From the NCBI GenBank assembly GCA_964016885.1, contig OZ024745.1:112716001-112780000 (forward strand): DNA of 64,000 bases, written 5' to 3'. Origin of the DNA: Eledone cirrhosa (taxonomy: Eukaryota). The notes beneath the pieces are model-generated. The model was not told where the DNA came from. It did not search any database and worked only from the letters and a program-made list of their open reading frames with translations. Positions 27,601-39,400 of the stretch are shown here, one piece after another (position 1 is the first letter of the stretch; the number at the start of each line of letters is the position of its first letter). The translations under genes and the position numbers were made by a program.

Positions 27601-29764
27601 TCAGTAGTCATCAAAAGAGAGGTAGGTATAAAAGCCAGACTCACTATCTTCAATTCGGTATTTGTGCCAACCCTTACCTATGGTCATGAATCTTGGGTAT
27701 GAACTGAAAGAATACGATCATGAATACAAGTGGATAAATGGGATTCCTCTGTAGGGTCTTTGGAGGAATCTTACTCAATAGAGTGCAGAACTCAGAGAAT
27801 CACTCCAGATAGAGTCACTACTTCTCCAAATTGAGAGATCACAGCTCCAATACTACTGACATGTGATCAGAATGTCCCAGGAAAGAATCGCTGGACATAT
27901 TTTACAGGCAAAACCAACTGGCAGGAGACCCATGAATAGACTCCAAGCAAGATGGTTGGATAACATCCATGATCATGGCTTGTCTCGCTTGGGAATCCAG
28001 CCGGATTAATTAGAGACAGTTGCTTCTGACATGAATCGCTGCCCCCCACGACTCTCCCAGGAATAAGTGGTGAAGACCAAAATGGAGAACAACTACTCGA
28101 TTTAATAATTCGGCACTAGCATGATTATGTGTTTTGAACTGGGACATATACTTGTTTCTACTTTTGGCACAAGGCCAGCAATTATCCCAGTGTATTACTG
28201 GTACTTTATTTTATCGACCCCGTAAGAATGAAAGGCAAAGTTAACCTCGGCGGGATTTGAACTCAGACCATAAAGGGCCGTAACTCTTTGCTGCAAAGCA
28301 TGGCGTCCGACCCTCTATCGATATGCCAATCCACCGCCCTGGGACATATAATTGCTACATGTTATGATCATATAATACAGTTAATAGTACAATTTAACCT
28401 CAATTGAGTATTACAGATATACGTTCCAGAAGTAATAAGTTAACAAGAACGTCACATAATTAAATCTCTTCCATTAAACAGTTTCTTTCTTTGCTCTATA
28501 AGATAGATTACAAATAACCCTTGTGAATTCATTCGATAAGAATTGTTGAAAGATGGGGGGGGGGGGGACTTATATGAAGATTGCAGAATTATAAGTTAGC
28601 ATATTGTAAAACACGTGAGAATAGAGTAGCCCAGAGATGGACATATGCTAGGTCTGCATTTAATGTTTGGAGCGTAAACATTAAATATAGTCCTTCTTGA
28701 AAGCAAAACACAATTCGTTCGTTCGTTTTCCCGTAACTTCCGATGACGTCGTGGGGCGCCGCATTGACATATGACGTTTCTCGGGCATTTTTTCAACCTG
28801 ACGGAGCCCATCTCCTCTCTAGATTTGAATACAACAGATTTCTTCCAGAGAAGGATAGAGAGTGAGATAATGAAAGTTAGAAAGAGATATAGAAGAATCG
28901 ATCTCAGTACTAGACTGATATTTTTTTTATCGACCTGGAATGGGTGAAAGGCAAAGTTGACCACGGTGTGATTTAAGAGCCGAAACGAATACCGCAAAAC
29001 ATTCTATCCGACGTTCTAATGACTCTGCCAATTCGCCGCCTTCATAAGCACAGTACATGTGGCAAGTAGAATGGTAAATGTAATGGTTAGATTTAGGTGG
29101 TGGTACGCAACAAGTATATTTTAAATGATAGTATATATTACAATAGTGATTATAAACGACCCCAAAACTCCACCGGGGATCCTTAAGGACCGATACTAAA
29201 TTATAAATTTATAGCGTTAAGATACACATTTTCTTTTACTGAAAAGGTGTAATCATCTATTTATATCGGAACAAGAAATAGAGACATTTGATGCATCACT
29301 ATTATTTCAATACACCATTAAAATAGAGAATTGTATGTTTGATATTAGTAGTTTTTGCATCCAAAAATTGATACTTGGGATGTGTTTCCTAATCAATAAC
29401 TCTCCCATCCTTACAAATTAAACGGATGATTAAAATCAACAATAACTTAGTGATACAGTTTAACAGTTAAAAAGTGTTAGTATTTACATGAGATAATAAC
29501 AGATATGCCATGATTAAATAAATAGCCATAATAGTTATCAAATATCCAAGTTTGTAAGTTTATTATTTTAACGAGTATAACCATTCTTTCCCGGCATTAC
29601 AGAGAACACAAAAAGTATGACTACAATTTTATACGCCTTCAATTTACAAAATACATCAACAAAATATTCGTAATTTCATAATAACAAACCTTCTTTCGAA
29701 GTTTTGCATATTTTTGTTTCAGAAACTCCTCTTCTTCGGTAAACGAAGCTGGAAAATTAATCAT
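14289..29764 (-). CDS. NELFE: Negative elongation factor E (RRM protein), complete, 272 aa; complement(join(14289..14347,16056..16176,16645..16699,19116..19266,19670..19736,20839..20925,22181..22255,25719..25774,27089..27161,29690..29764))
   Basis: Ten phase-consistent GT-AG exons. N-terminus [30 protein letters not shown]; then [29 protein letters not shown]; [12 protein letters not shown]...RGFVTFEK...MARRQP; C-terminus [11 protein letters not shown]. Confidence 0.95.
14560..15612 (+). mobile_element. Degenerate RTE-like LINE fragment
   Basis: Purine-rich decayed RT region; 3' end ccatgcaagcatggaaaaacagac(atg)n. Confidence 0.6.
16056..16176 (-). CDS. NELFE: NELFE exon 9 (INGSMV...MARRQP...)
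   Basis: cag|, |gtaaat. Confidence 0.9.
16645..16699 (-). CDS. NELFE: NELFE exon 8 (RNP1, RGFVTFEK...)
   Basis: tag|, |gtatgt. Confidence 0.93.
16886..16965. mobile_element. 80-bp hAT (Charlie-like) MITE
   Basis: TIRs CAAAGGTTCTCAAC / GTTGAGAACCTGTG; 8-bp TSD GCGTAGAT on both sides. Confidence 0.8.
17110..17352 (+). mobile_element. Mariner transposase 3' remnant
   Basis: Translates ...[23 protein letters not shown], followed by a TIR-like end. Confidence 0.7.
17432..17905 (+). mobile_element. RTE-clade LINE 3' fragment
   Basis: [10 protein letters not shown]...MLRWMC...[11 protein letters not shown]...RPKMTW. Confidence 0.88.
17925..18247 (+). mobile_element. Third SINE-like family (gttaggaagggcatccag, (GAT)n tail); copies at about 7550-7820 -, 10850-11135, 15780-15998, 20550-20810, 39900-40220 -
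   Basis: Shared blocks and an RTE-type 3' tail. Confidence 0.6.
18247..18670. repeat. Compound (TA)n/(CA)n/(GA)n microsatellite
   Basis: Seen directly. Confidence 0.95.
19116..19266 (-). CDS. NELFE: NELFE exon 7 (RRM start, [11 protein letters not shown]...)
   Basis: cag|, |gtatgt. Confidence 0.93.
19670..19736 (-). CDS. NELFE: NELFE exon 6 ([14 protein letters not shown]...)
   Basis: tag|, |gttagt. Confidence 0.88.
20839..20925 (-). CDS. NELFE: NELFE exon 5 (DPDK...GFQPF...)
   Basis: tag|, |gtaagt. Confidence 0.9.
22181..22255 (-). CDS. NELFE: NELFE exon 4 (AIKL...[12 protein letters not shown])
   Basis: cag|, |gtaaga. Confidence 0.92.
22490..23095 (+). mobile_element. RTE-like LINE 3' fragment (related copies 27385-28070, 21690-21840, 56990-57125)
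   Basis: Decayed [10 protein letters not shown] and RTRW-type motifs; mutual similarity among copies. Confidence 0.7.
23387..24016 (+). mobile_element. Deleted and frameshifted mariner element
   Basis: TA TSD inside the host repeat (ccaaTA...TAtgtcaacac); TIR CGAGGGTGGGCTGAAAAGTTC; motifs [34 protein letters not shown]. Confidence 0.88.
25115..25697 (-). mobile_element. Three tandem tRNA-derived SINE copies
   Basis: Same family consensus, reverse strand. Confidence 0.8.
25719..25774 (-). CDS. NELFE: NELFE exon 3 (...[13 protein letters not shown])
   Basis: cag|, |gtaaga. Confidence 0.9.
27089..27161 (-). CDS. NELFE: NELFE exon 2 ([13 protein letters not shown]...VKR)
   Basis: cag|, |gtaagc. 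Confidence 0.9.
27385..28070 (+). mobile_element. RTE-like LINE fragment
   Basis: GMKIS...[22 protein letters not shown]. Confidence 0.78.
29690..29764 (-). CDS. NELFE: NELFE exon 1 ([25 protein letters not shown])
   Basis: ATG at 29764, |gtttgt donor. Confidence 0.92.
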
Positions 29765-29859
29765 TTTCAATATTTGAATGCAAAACAGTCAATTTAATAA
29801 CTCTTGTTTTAGAGAGCAAATATCTAACATTTTAGCCCTCTTGTGTAAAAGAAAACAAA

Positions 29860-29872
29860 TTCGGCCATTTGT
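29860..29872 (-). promoter_or_regulatory. YY1-like motif (AAATGGCCG) near the probable NELFE TSS
   Basis: About 100 nt upstream of the ATG, in a TATA-less AT-rich region. Confidence 0.35.
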
Positions 29873-32133
29873 ATGTAATTTCTATCTGTTATTGTTATGA
29901 TATATTCGAATTCTTTCTGGAAGAAACTTAAATAATTCGATAATTTATTAAAAATATAAAGATAATAGAAATCTTAAATATTTATGATAAATATAAACAC
30001 TTCAAAATTATCAGCTTTTTATATTATTCGTTGCGACTAACTATAGCCTCCCCCAATAATACGAGCTTGGACAGTGTGGGAGAAATCACTTTCTTGTGCA
30101 GACTCCCAGGCACAAGCCACCTCATCTCAGCAGACAGAATAGAGAAAGCATTACCCCAGGGGACAGCGGGGAAGATACGTTGAAATAGCTATTCCAACGC
30201 GCGGGCTAACTCCTGCTGGTAGCCACATTGCCTCGATAGCAGTGAATGGGGAGGTGTTACGGAGCCCCAAATCACCAGAATAGTCTCCACCGCTACAAGT
30301 TCAACGACAAACCTATCAAGAAGCAGCCGATACTTCGAATGTCTCTTCTGTGTGATGACTGAAATTGGGAAGAACAAACCACGACTCATGCGTTGCTTGC
30401 TGCTAACTACTACTTCGGTCTCTATAACAAACCCAATCCTCGGTTGGGCTGTCAAATAGAGCGGCAATACTCATGAAGGCTGGACCTCTGTCATATTAGG
30501 CGACTAACCTCTGTTGGAGAACCACTTCAATATATCGATTTATCCTCAGATCGGAAACTTTCTCGAAATACGTTTTACCAAAAGGTGATTCTCAGTCCAG
30601 CAAAATCCTTTCATGCACAGAAATAAACACACCCTCGACGTCTTTTTTTTTGTTTGTTTTGTGGTTATCTACCAAATTTATGTTTCTCTGCATTTTCCTC
30701 TCTGCTTATGCTTTGTATTGCTCAGCCATCCCTTTGTGGTCTATCTTTATTCCTTTTACCAGAGCAGGCTATAATTTCCTGCCCTTTAACAATCGACAGA
30801 AGAATTTTATGGATCATAGTCTTCTCAACCATTTCTAAATTAGTCCTGGAATGTGTGTGTGTGTGCGCGCGCGCACACAGAGCTTTGTGTAAACCATAAC
30901 CAGAAAGTAGAACATTTACTGGCTGTCCCGATCCCAAAACTACCCAGGGAGAATTTTAGAACTAGGAGCGTACGTGAACAGAAAAAATATTACAGGAGTT
31001 ACGAGGCGCCGCAGTCCGATTGTGTGTATATCTACAAATATATAATGTTTCTACTTTTGGCATAAGGCCAGTAATTATCTCAGTACGTTACTGGTACTTT
31101 ATTTTATCGATCCTATAAGGATGAAAGACAAAGTTAACCTTGGCGAGATTTGAACTCAGAACGTAAAGGGACGTAACTATGCTGTAAATCATGGCGTCCG
31201 ATCCTCTACCGATACTTCCAATAATGCTCTTCTGTATTTGTCCGTCACGCAAAGGGAGGTAACTCATCTATGTTTGAGGGTATAAATATAAACATGCATA
31301 TACAAAATAATTGTTTCTACGTTAGGCACAAGGCCAGCAAATACCCAGTGTATTACTAGTACTTTATTTTATCGACCCCGTAAGGATGAAAGGCAAAATT
31401 AACCTCGGCGGGATTTGAACTCAGAATGGCAAGGGCCGTAACTCTATACGTCAAAGCATGACGTCCGACCCTCTACCAATACTGCCAATCTACAATGATA
31501 TACACTCACATACATGTGATGAGTGTGGAAGGAAGGGGGCTCTGACAAAGTGTAGAAAACAGCGAACAATGTGTGTGCATGTAATAATTATTTTATCTAA
31601 AAATTCTTTTCTGTTACTATATAAACACAATTATATATATATATACACATATGTACGCATGTATGCGTACATATGTGTATTCACGCATGTGTCTGTGTCT
31701 GCCTGTGTGTATATATGTGTGTGTGTATTTGTATGTGTAGGTGCATGCTCTGGAGTGTGAACAGACGTGTGAGATACCGAACCCAGCATGACTCCATTGA
31801 AGTGTGTCGGACGGAAGATGTGCATATTTCTATTTTTTTTCTCCTGAAACTGCTTCTTTATAATAAACTTTAAATAATATTTTTCAAATTATTAACTTAA
31901 TAAAAAGTGGCCTCGGGTGCAACCGGACTCAGCTGCTAGTAATAATAATAAAATAAAGATGGTTATTAGAGTTCCATATTTTTTTATTATACGTATTTCG
32001 AATACAAAATCCTTACAGAAGTTGTGTTCTCTAATAACCATCTTTATTTTATTATTATAAATACTCCAGATCTACCACCAGTTGAGTGCTATTTTATCTG
32101 ATATATCCTTAGTCTTATTGTTCTGCCATATTA

Positions 32134-32348
<215 letters not shown>

Positions 32349-32424
32349 CGAAGGAAATGTGGTAAGGAACCAGGTGGACCATAACGCACCAACGTACTCA
32401 ATACTTGAGGTAGTAGAGTGGGTA

Positions 32425-32548
32425 ATAGGAACCAGTAAGACCCCGACAGCTGAGCTCAAGCCGTTTCGACGGCTAATTCTGGACTCTAGTCCAGAATTAG
32501 CCGTCGAAACGGCTTGAGCTCAGCTGTCGGGGTCTTACTGGTTCCTAT
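32425..32548. repeat. Perfect 61-bp inverted repeat with a 2-nt loop
   Basis: ataggaaccagtaagaccccg...ggact CT agtcc...ggttcctat, lying between (TA)n tracts. Confidence 0.9.
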
Positions 32549-32599
32549 ATATATATATATATATATTAGAGACAGCAATAGTTATGGGTAAAAGCTATA

Positions 32600-33173
32600 G
32601 AGAGGGTAAGAGTTATAGAGAGATAGAGAGGGTAACAGTATGAGAGAGATAGAGTAAAAGTTAAAGCTGACGGTCAACACAGCTTAACTCTTTTGGTTTA
32701 TAAACTCATTTCTACGGTATCTCTCCCTTTGCTACGAAGTCGGATACGGCTGTACATGGATTGACAGACCTTGCAACGGATTCACCATTTCATTAACCCT
32801 ATGGGACGCCTTTGTATGGGCCAAAATCACACTGGAGGTCATTCGTAATACCTGGATAGATATCGGATATCATGATATGTCCGGATAAATTCAACACTGA
32901 ACGAACAACAGCCCTTTTTAGGGTCACCTTCTTGCTACTGTTACCGCAATCCGTTCTTCAACGGCTTTCTGCAGACTTGAAATTTTTAATAAAGGCTACA
33001 GACATTACACAGTTATGAGACCGAATTGTCGTTTTGTCTGTGCCTCTGCACACGTACACCCACTTGCAACGAGGTCGGAAGTACAATGTGACATGGGAGA
33101 GTGTGTGGTATCTTTTCAGTGGAGTGGTGGGGTCAGGTATACCTAGCCGGGCGCAAGCCGGACAGGTCAGCTA

Positions 33174-33174
<1 letters not shown>
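32600..33174 (+). mobile_element. Non-autonomous Helitron-like element (5' boundary uncertain)
   Basis: 3' hairpin ccgggcgcaagccgg followed by CTAG|T; a similar 3' end at 31912-31939. Confidence 0.55.
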
Positions 33175-33213
<39 letters not shown>

Positions 33214-33232
33214 CTTTATTTACCATAAAGGC

Positions 33233-33300
<68 letters not shown>

Positions 33301-34327
33301 CGTGTTTGTGTGTATGTATACATATATATATACATATATATATATATTCATATATTTTTCTATTTATCCTCCCCCTCTCTCTCAATACTTATATATATAG
33401 AGAAAGAGAAAAAAAAGCGGATGCAACAGTTTTGTTTTAAATAAACATATATTCCTGTTTCTTGTAAAGAACATTTAATTTTTGTACTATTGCACGCGAA
33501 ATAATGCAAAGGTTTAATAGGGAAGGTATAACTTACCAATGATATCGCTAACTTTTTAACGCTTTGTAAGTATACAAATGTAGTACAGTGCAAATGAAAC
33601 TACTAAAGAAATGGAACCAACAATTGGAATTCAATTTGAATGACATTATAGTGACAGTGTATTACTGGTACTTTATTTTATCGACCCCGTAAGGATGAAA
33701 GGCAAAGTGAATACTGAGAATAATGCAAATGTGTAATAGTGAAAATTTGCGCCTTTTCAATAATTTATCGTCTGCTCACGTTGTATTAAATAGTGACCAG
33801 AACTTAAGATGACGTGGAGTAACAACAGCCAATGGCTGAAGGAACCTGCAGTCGTAGAATCAACAAGATCCATACAGGGACCATGTCTCGAGCTACCTGC
33901 CTGCGAAACAATTGTAACACGCAATAAATTGAGTCCAGATGCATCACTGATTTTTCGTTTTCTTTATACTATCTACACTCTACTCTGCTGAATATTGAGT
34001 GCTAATTTTGGCATACCGCCTATGGAAGCACCATAGCTACCATTATATACATATATACATATTATAAAGTGAAATGACAGGAGGCCAAATGTGTTGAATT
34101 TCCTTAATTTTTTTATTACTATAAACACTATACACACTTCAGTGGCCAGATTGCGTTAGAATTCCGTGACCTCATCAGGTGTAAATTGCGTAATAGATGT
34201 ATACCAACGGAATACTTTAAGCAAAGAAAAACAAAGAGGAAAACATGTGTGCTATGCTTTTGACCGGACGTAGTAGTATGTTGCCACACTGCTCGCCAGC
34301 CTCTCTCACTCTCTCATATATATATAT

Positions 34328-34364
<37 letters not shown>

Positions 34365-34602
34365 ATTTGAAGACTAAAATCCAAAGAGGGCTCGATAAGG
34401 ATAAATATATATCAGATATATAAGAACCGTAGAGCAAATATTTATTAAAATAACAGATAAAAGTTTAAGCAAAGAATCGCTGCTTTCACCCTTAACGGGA
34501 TCTTCTGAAACTAAAAAAAGTCTATCTGTGAACGCAGAAGTAAATATTTCAAAAAACGTTGCAACCGAAGGAAGACAGGAAGACGATACTTTGGTTCGTG
34601 GA

Positions 34603-34875
34603 AACGTTCTCTGGCAAAGAACGGGAAAAAAACGAAGATAATACGTCATTAATAGGAGCGGTGAAAAACAATTACACGCAAAGACAAAACCACGTTTATG
34701 GTATAAAAGAGGTCGTAGACTAATATTCTATTAGGTGGTCATGGAGACGTTCTCTGGCAATGAACGAAAAAAAACGAAGATAATACGTCATTATGTGGAG
34801 CAAAGAGAACAATTACACGCAAAGACAAAACCACGTAAATGGTATAGCTGAAGTCGTAGACTAAAATTCTATTTA
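34603..34875 (+). repeat. Direct tandem duplication, unit about 145 bp
   Basis: acgttctctggcaa...gtcgtagactaa occurs twice. Confidence 0.8.
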
Positions 34876-35196
34876 GGAAACCGAATGATTCTCGGCTTCA
34901 GAGTTAAGAATAAAGTAAATAAAATACAGAGGTATTTTTTTTTGTACGTGCTTGTATTTACACACACATGGCGAGTGCTTTTGCGTATGCTTGTTATGTA
35001 CGTATATGGATGCGTGTATGTATATATTTAATTTCAATTACCTCTGTATTTTATTTACTTTATTCTTAACTTACTTACTTAATAGAGATAGAGAGAGAGG
35101 AAAATTATTTTTTTTTCAATGTGGGCGGGGCGGAGAGAAGATTCGCTCATTCAATCACACGCCTCTACAAAGCGCACTGAGATTTCCCCTCTAATA

Positions 35197-35468
35197 AGTC
35201 TGTATGTGAGAAAGAGTGGGAAAGAAGAGGAAGTCTGTATGTGAAAAAGAGCGGGAAAGAAGAAGAGGAAGTCTGTATATGAGAAAGAGAGGGAAGGGAG
35301 ACGAAATCTGTATGTGAGAAAGTGAGGGAGGGAAAAGAAAGTATGTGTGTGAGAAAGAGAGGGAGGGAAAAGAAAGACTGTGTGAGAAAGAGAAGGAGGG
35401 AAAAGAAAGTATGTGTGAGAAAGAGAGGGAAGGGACCGCCTGCGAGAAAGAGAGGGAAGAAAGAAAAA
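35197..35468 (+). repeat. Degenerate purine-rich minisatellite (unit about 30-39 bp)
   Basis: Repeated gtatgtgagaaagagaggga units. Confidence 0.75.
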
Positions 35469-35615
35469 CAAACTGGGTGCAAGGAAAAGAAAATATTTAA
35501 AAATATTCAGTATATTATGTTATACTGCACATGCGTATACAAACTATTAACTTTTCATCATCATCTCATCACCATTATATACTAGTTCACCGTGACATGT
35601 TTTTACGTAGCGAGC

Positions 35616-35623
35616 TATAAAAG
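35616..35623 (+). promoter_or_regulatory. TATA box of FABP-like gene A
   Basis: TATAAAAG about 130 nt upstream of ATG 35745. Confidence 0.65.
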
Positions 35624-35744
35624 TCAGCAATCAGGCTGACCTATTAGTAGTGTTATTGCATCTCTTGCATTTGTCTGTTTGTCATAAGTAAACTTGAAAA
35701 TATAAACATCTCTTTTATATATACGTAATATAATAATCTTTAAT

Positions 35745-35820
35745 ATGGATAAGTTTCTTGGAAAATGGGTGGAAATCAAAGGAAATTTGGAAGCTTACAA
35801 GGAATTTATGGAATCCATGA
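35745..35820 (+). CDS. FABP-like A exon 1
   Basis: MDKFLGKWVEIKGNLEAYKEFMESM, |gtatgt. Confidence 0.88.
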
Positions 35821-36396
35821 GTATGTTATTTTAGTTTATATACCATACATTTTTTTGTTTTGTTTTGTTTTGAATGGATTTGTGGTAATCCTTGAGTTTG
35901 GTACTTTATTTTACTTTTCTCTTGGGGTATCATATTGTTTGATGCTCGGTAATTTTTTATTTATTTTGATGTCGAGCATTTTTAAAATTTATTTTATATG
36001 ATTGAGTTTCGTGTTAAGCTCCTCAACTTTTAACGCAGATGGTCTTCTACTTTATTCAAACCACTTGTTGGTTTGAACATGATCCCCAACTCATCTTTTT
36101 TATTTATTTATTGCTGTATAACCAGTCCAAAGCCCTTTGAAAAAAATATTCAAACGGGCTTTCCCGACGCTATTATGTAAAGATGCCATAATTTATACAT
36201 CGTTTAATGTAATTAAAATTTATATAAAAACAAGAAATCAGTATATCTATATAAATATACAACAAAGAGGGTGTGATAAGATACCAGGTGGACCATAACG
36301 CACCAGATTCCAGTGGCTTCGTTCGGATCTAGCTGTCGAAACGACCGGAGCTCAGCCGTCGGGGTCCTGACTCTTTTCCCAAATAGATATACATAT

Positions 36397-36478
<82 letters not shown>

Positions 36479-39400
36479 TAGAAACGGGAAGTAAGGATTC
36501 TATACAAAACAGTGGATTTAGAGAAAAGATGAAGTTGGAAATAGTACGGGACCCTTCCTTTTTTAAAAATTATATTTTCTTATTTTACATGCCATTCTTT
36601 CTTCTCATTTTTTCCCCGTTTCTATTAAATATAAATACATATGAGCATGACGTGGAGGGGAACTAAGAAAAAATTATTTTTCTTCAAAATACAGAAAATT
36701 GTCAAAAGTTAAGAACTAAAATCCAAAGGATTCCAAGAATCCCAAAATTAAAAAGTTAAGAAAATTCAGAAAACTTTTCCAAAAAACCTTTAAAAATTAT
36801 TTTTCAAAAGAAACTTTAAAAAAAAAATTTTTTTAATTAAAAAAAAATCTTTTCAAAACGAGACAGTGCGTGTATATATAAATGAATAAATAAATAAATA
36901 AATACATACACACACAGCGAGAATTAAGTAACATTTTTTAAAATGAATAAGTATATATACCACCATATCACATTGACAGTCGGCTTTCCTGATGATTTCC
37001 TTCGAATGAAACAGTTCTAGTCCTGTAGAAGCCATTTCTATATTAAATATTTATACTCTGCTATGTATTGACTATCTAACTTATTGTGGTTACCTCCGTG
37101 TGTGTGTGTAAGAGAGTCGCCTTGACCATGATAAACTTAAGCGTCAGCTTCGAAAAAGCCACAGTATGAACCTCAGTAAGAACATAGGGAGCTGGAGTTG
37201 TGAAGTGTGTTGTCGTCTACTGCTCTCTAAATCTGGGTACATCACTCATTTAAAATCACATGAAAATCCAACCGTATGCATCACTATCCCTCGAATACTT
37301 TCCCAATCCTGGTAAAATAGACAAACATGCTTTTTTAAGATTATTTTACCTGTCCCCAGTAAATATAAATAACATTAGTGTTGGGTTTGGGTTAGGTTTT
37401 AAATTGTCTTAATAATTGGTGGTGAAAAAAAAAATTCTGAGTTAAATCTGTGTTTTTTTAACATTAATTTTTAACATTATCTGCCTTCATAATAATGGAG
37501 AATAAACCTAAGGTGTTATTGCTGAACTGTTCTTAACTGTCTTATGTGGCAATGATGGAGAATCCATGTCTCATTTCCGTACAACAAGACAGGAGTCACA
37601 CATTGGTTATATACTTTAAGTTTACTCTCAGAGGTCAGTTCCCTGAATTCAAAGACTCTACAGAGACAGCTTGAATACGTGCACTAAGCTATTCGTCTTC
37701 TTTACAGTCTTTTGTGACGTAGCTGCAAAGATATTTGAAGCATTCCACTCTGGTGAGGTTTTTGCCTGTGTCAGGTTGCTCTCTCGAGTGCTACTGGTAA
37801 CATGTAACCTAGTACAACCTGTCACATAGTTGGGCTGTCGATGACACCACCAAGCTTGCTTGATGAGGACGGTGATATTTGGACACCTTGCAGGATGAAA
37901 TACAAGACCCGGCAAAGAGTGGAGGAACTCAGCAGAGTCAACAGCCATCCAAATAATGTATGCATATATGTGTGTCTTCTATCTATATATACTTTTATAT
38001 ATACATATTAAATTTTTCATTTTCCATTCTTTTTATCTTTTAATTTTTTTTTTTAAGCTATAAATTTTCCATATTTTATCTTCTAACGATCATCTCTTTA
38101 TATTTTATCTTTATTCTTATCTTTCAACTTAAATTTTTTTTCCATATATATATATATTCATGGGTGTCTGTTTGCATGCATTTATGTGTACACTGTACAG
38201 ATGTAGAAGTACCTGGCTTGGTGTCTGGGTATGCATTTGGACTATACTTGGCATGCTTAGTCTCCTTTGGAATGAATTGCCCATGAGGGTAATACAACAA
38301 ATGAGGCTCTAACTAAGGAGGATTAGGGACCCCACAGAAGGTATTTGGTGCATGGCTCATCACCATGTGCTTATGCCCTGGCTTTATACCAATCCCTACC
38401 CCAGCTTATGTGCAAATAGTACCCCAGTAAAGTCTATGTTATGTGTCTGGCAAAGAGATGCAGGATGATTGTTGAGTCTAAGCTAGCTGAAGAACAATGT
38501 GGTTTTCTCCCGGATGCAATCCAGCCAACCAAATATTCACACTGCAACAGATCTTTGAGAAATCATGGGAGTACTGCCAAGAGGTTTATTCTTGCTTTGT
38601 AGACCTCGGAAAGGCATATAACTGCGATCCACATGACCTGTTATGGAAGGTTCCACAAGAGCATGGGATCAATGGACAGCTTCTCATTGCCCTAGTATTT
38701 GCTTTCGGATGAATGGTGCTAAATCAAAACTATTAAATGTGGGAGTCAGACTCCATCTAGGGTGTGTACTGTCACTGCTCCTGTTCATTATTTTCCTGAA
38801 CAGGGTGTAGCCGGGTTGGAAATGGTATTGTAACTGGGTGGTGTAAAATCAATTGGCTGGAATTTGTAGACAGCATGATTTTTTAAATTCACCAGAGGGT
38901 GATCTCCGATATGCACTTGATAGGTTTGATGCCAAATGCTGCATTGTTGGAATGAAAATCAGTGTTGTGAAGACTGAGACACTCATCTTCTCAAGGAAAC
39001 CTGCACAGTGCACTTTACATGTAAATGGAGTTCCACTGAAGCAGGTGGAGAGTTCAAGTATTTTGGGGCTGTGTTTACTAGTGATAGAATGCAGGAGGCT
39101 GAATTAAATGCAAGAATTGCAGGAGCTGTGCAGTAATAGTAGCAATCAGCAGGCTGGTGAAAATTATAGATAAACACTTCCACTTTGAAATATGTAAATT
39201 ACATTCTTACCATCTTAGATTTCTGTTATCAAATCTTCTACAGATGTTTGAAAAAGGTGCAGTTTTAAAAAGAAAAAGTGCAGTGAATTGTGCTCAATTA
39301 GATTAACTTCAACAATTTGTCTTGTCTAACAAAATATCCCTATAATTTGTGAATTTGAAAGAAGCATCAACATTGTTTGACTATGAAAAATTTGTCAGCA

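Noticed and set aside
35765-36001. ORF-track 78-aa ORF at the FABP-A start
   Set aside because: Wrong frame; the true exon begins at ATG 35745 and splices at 35820.
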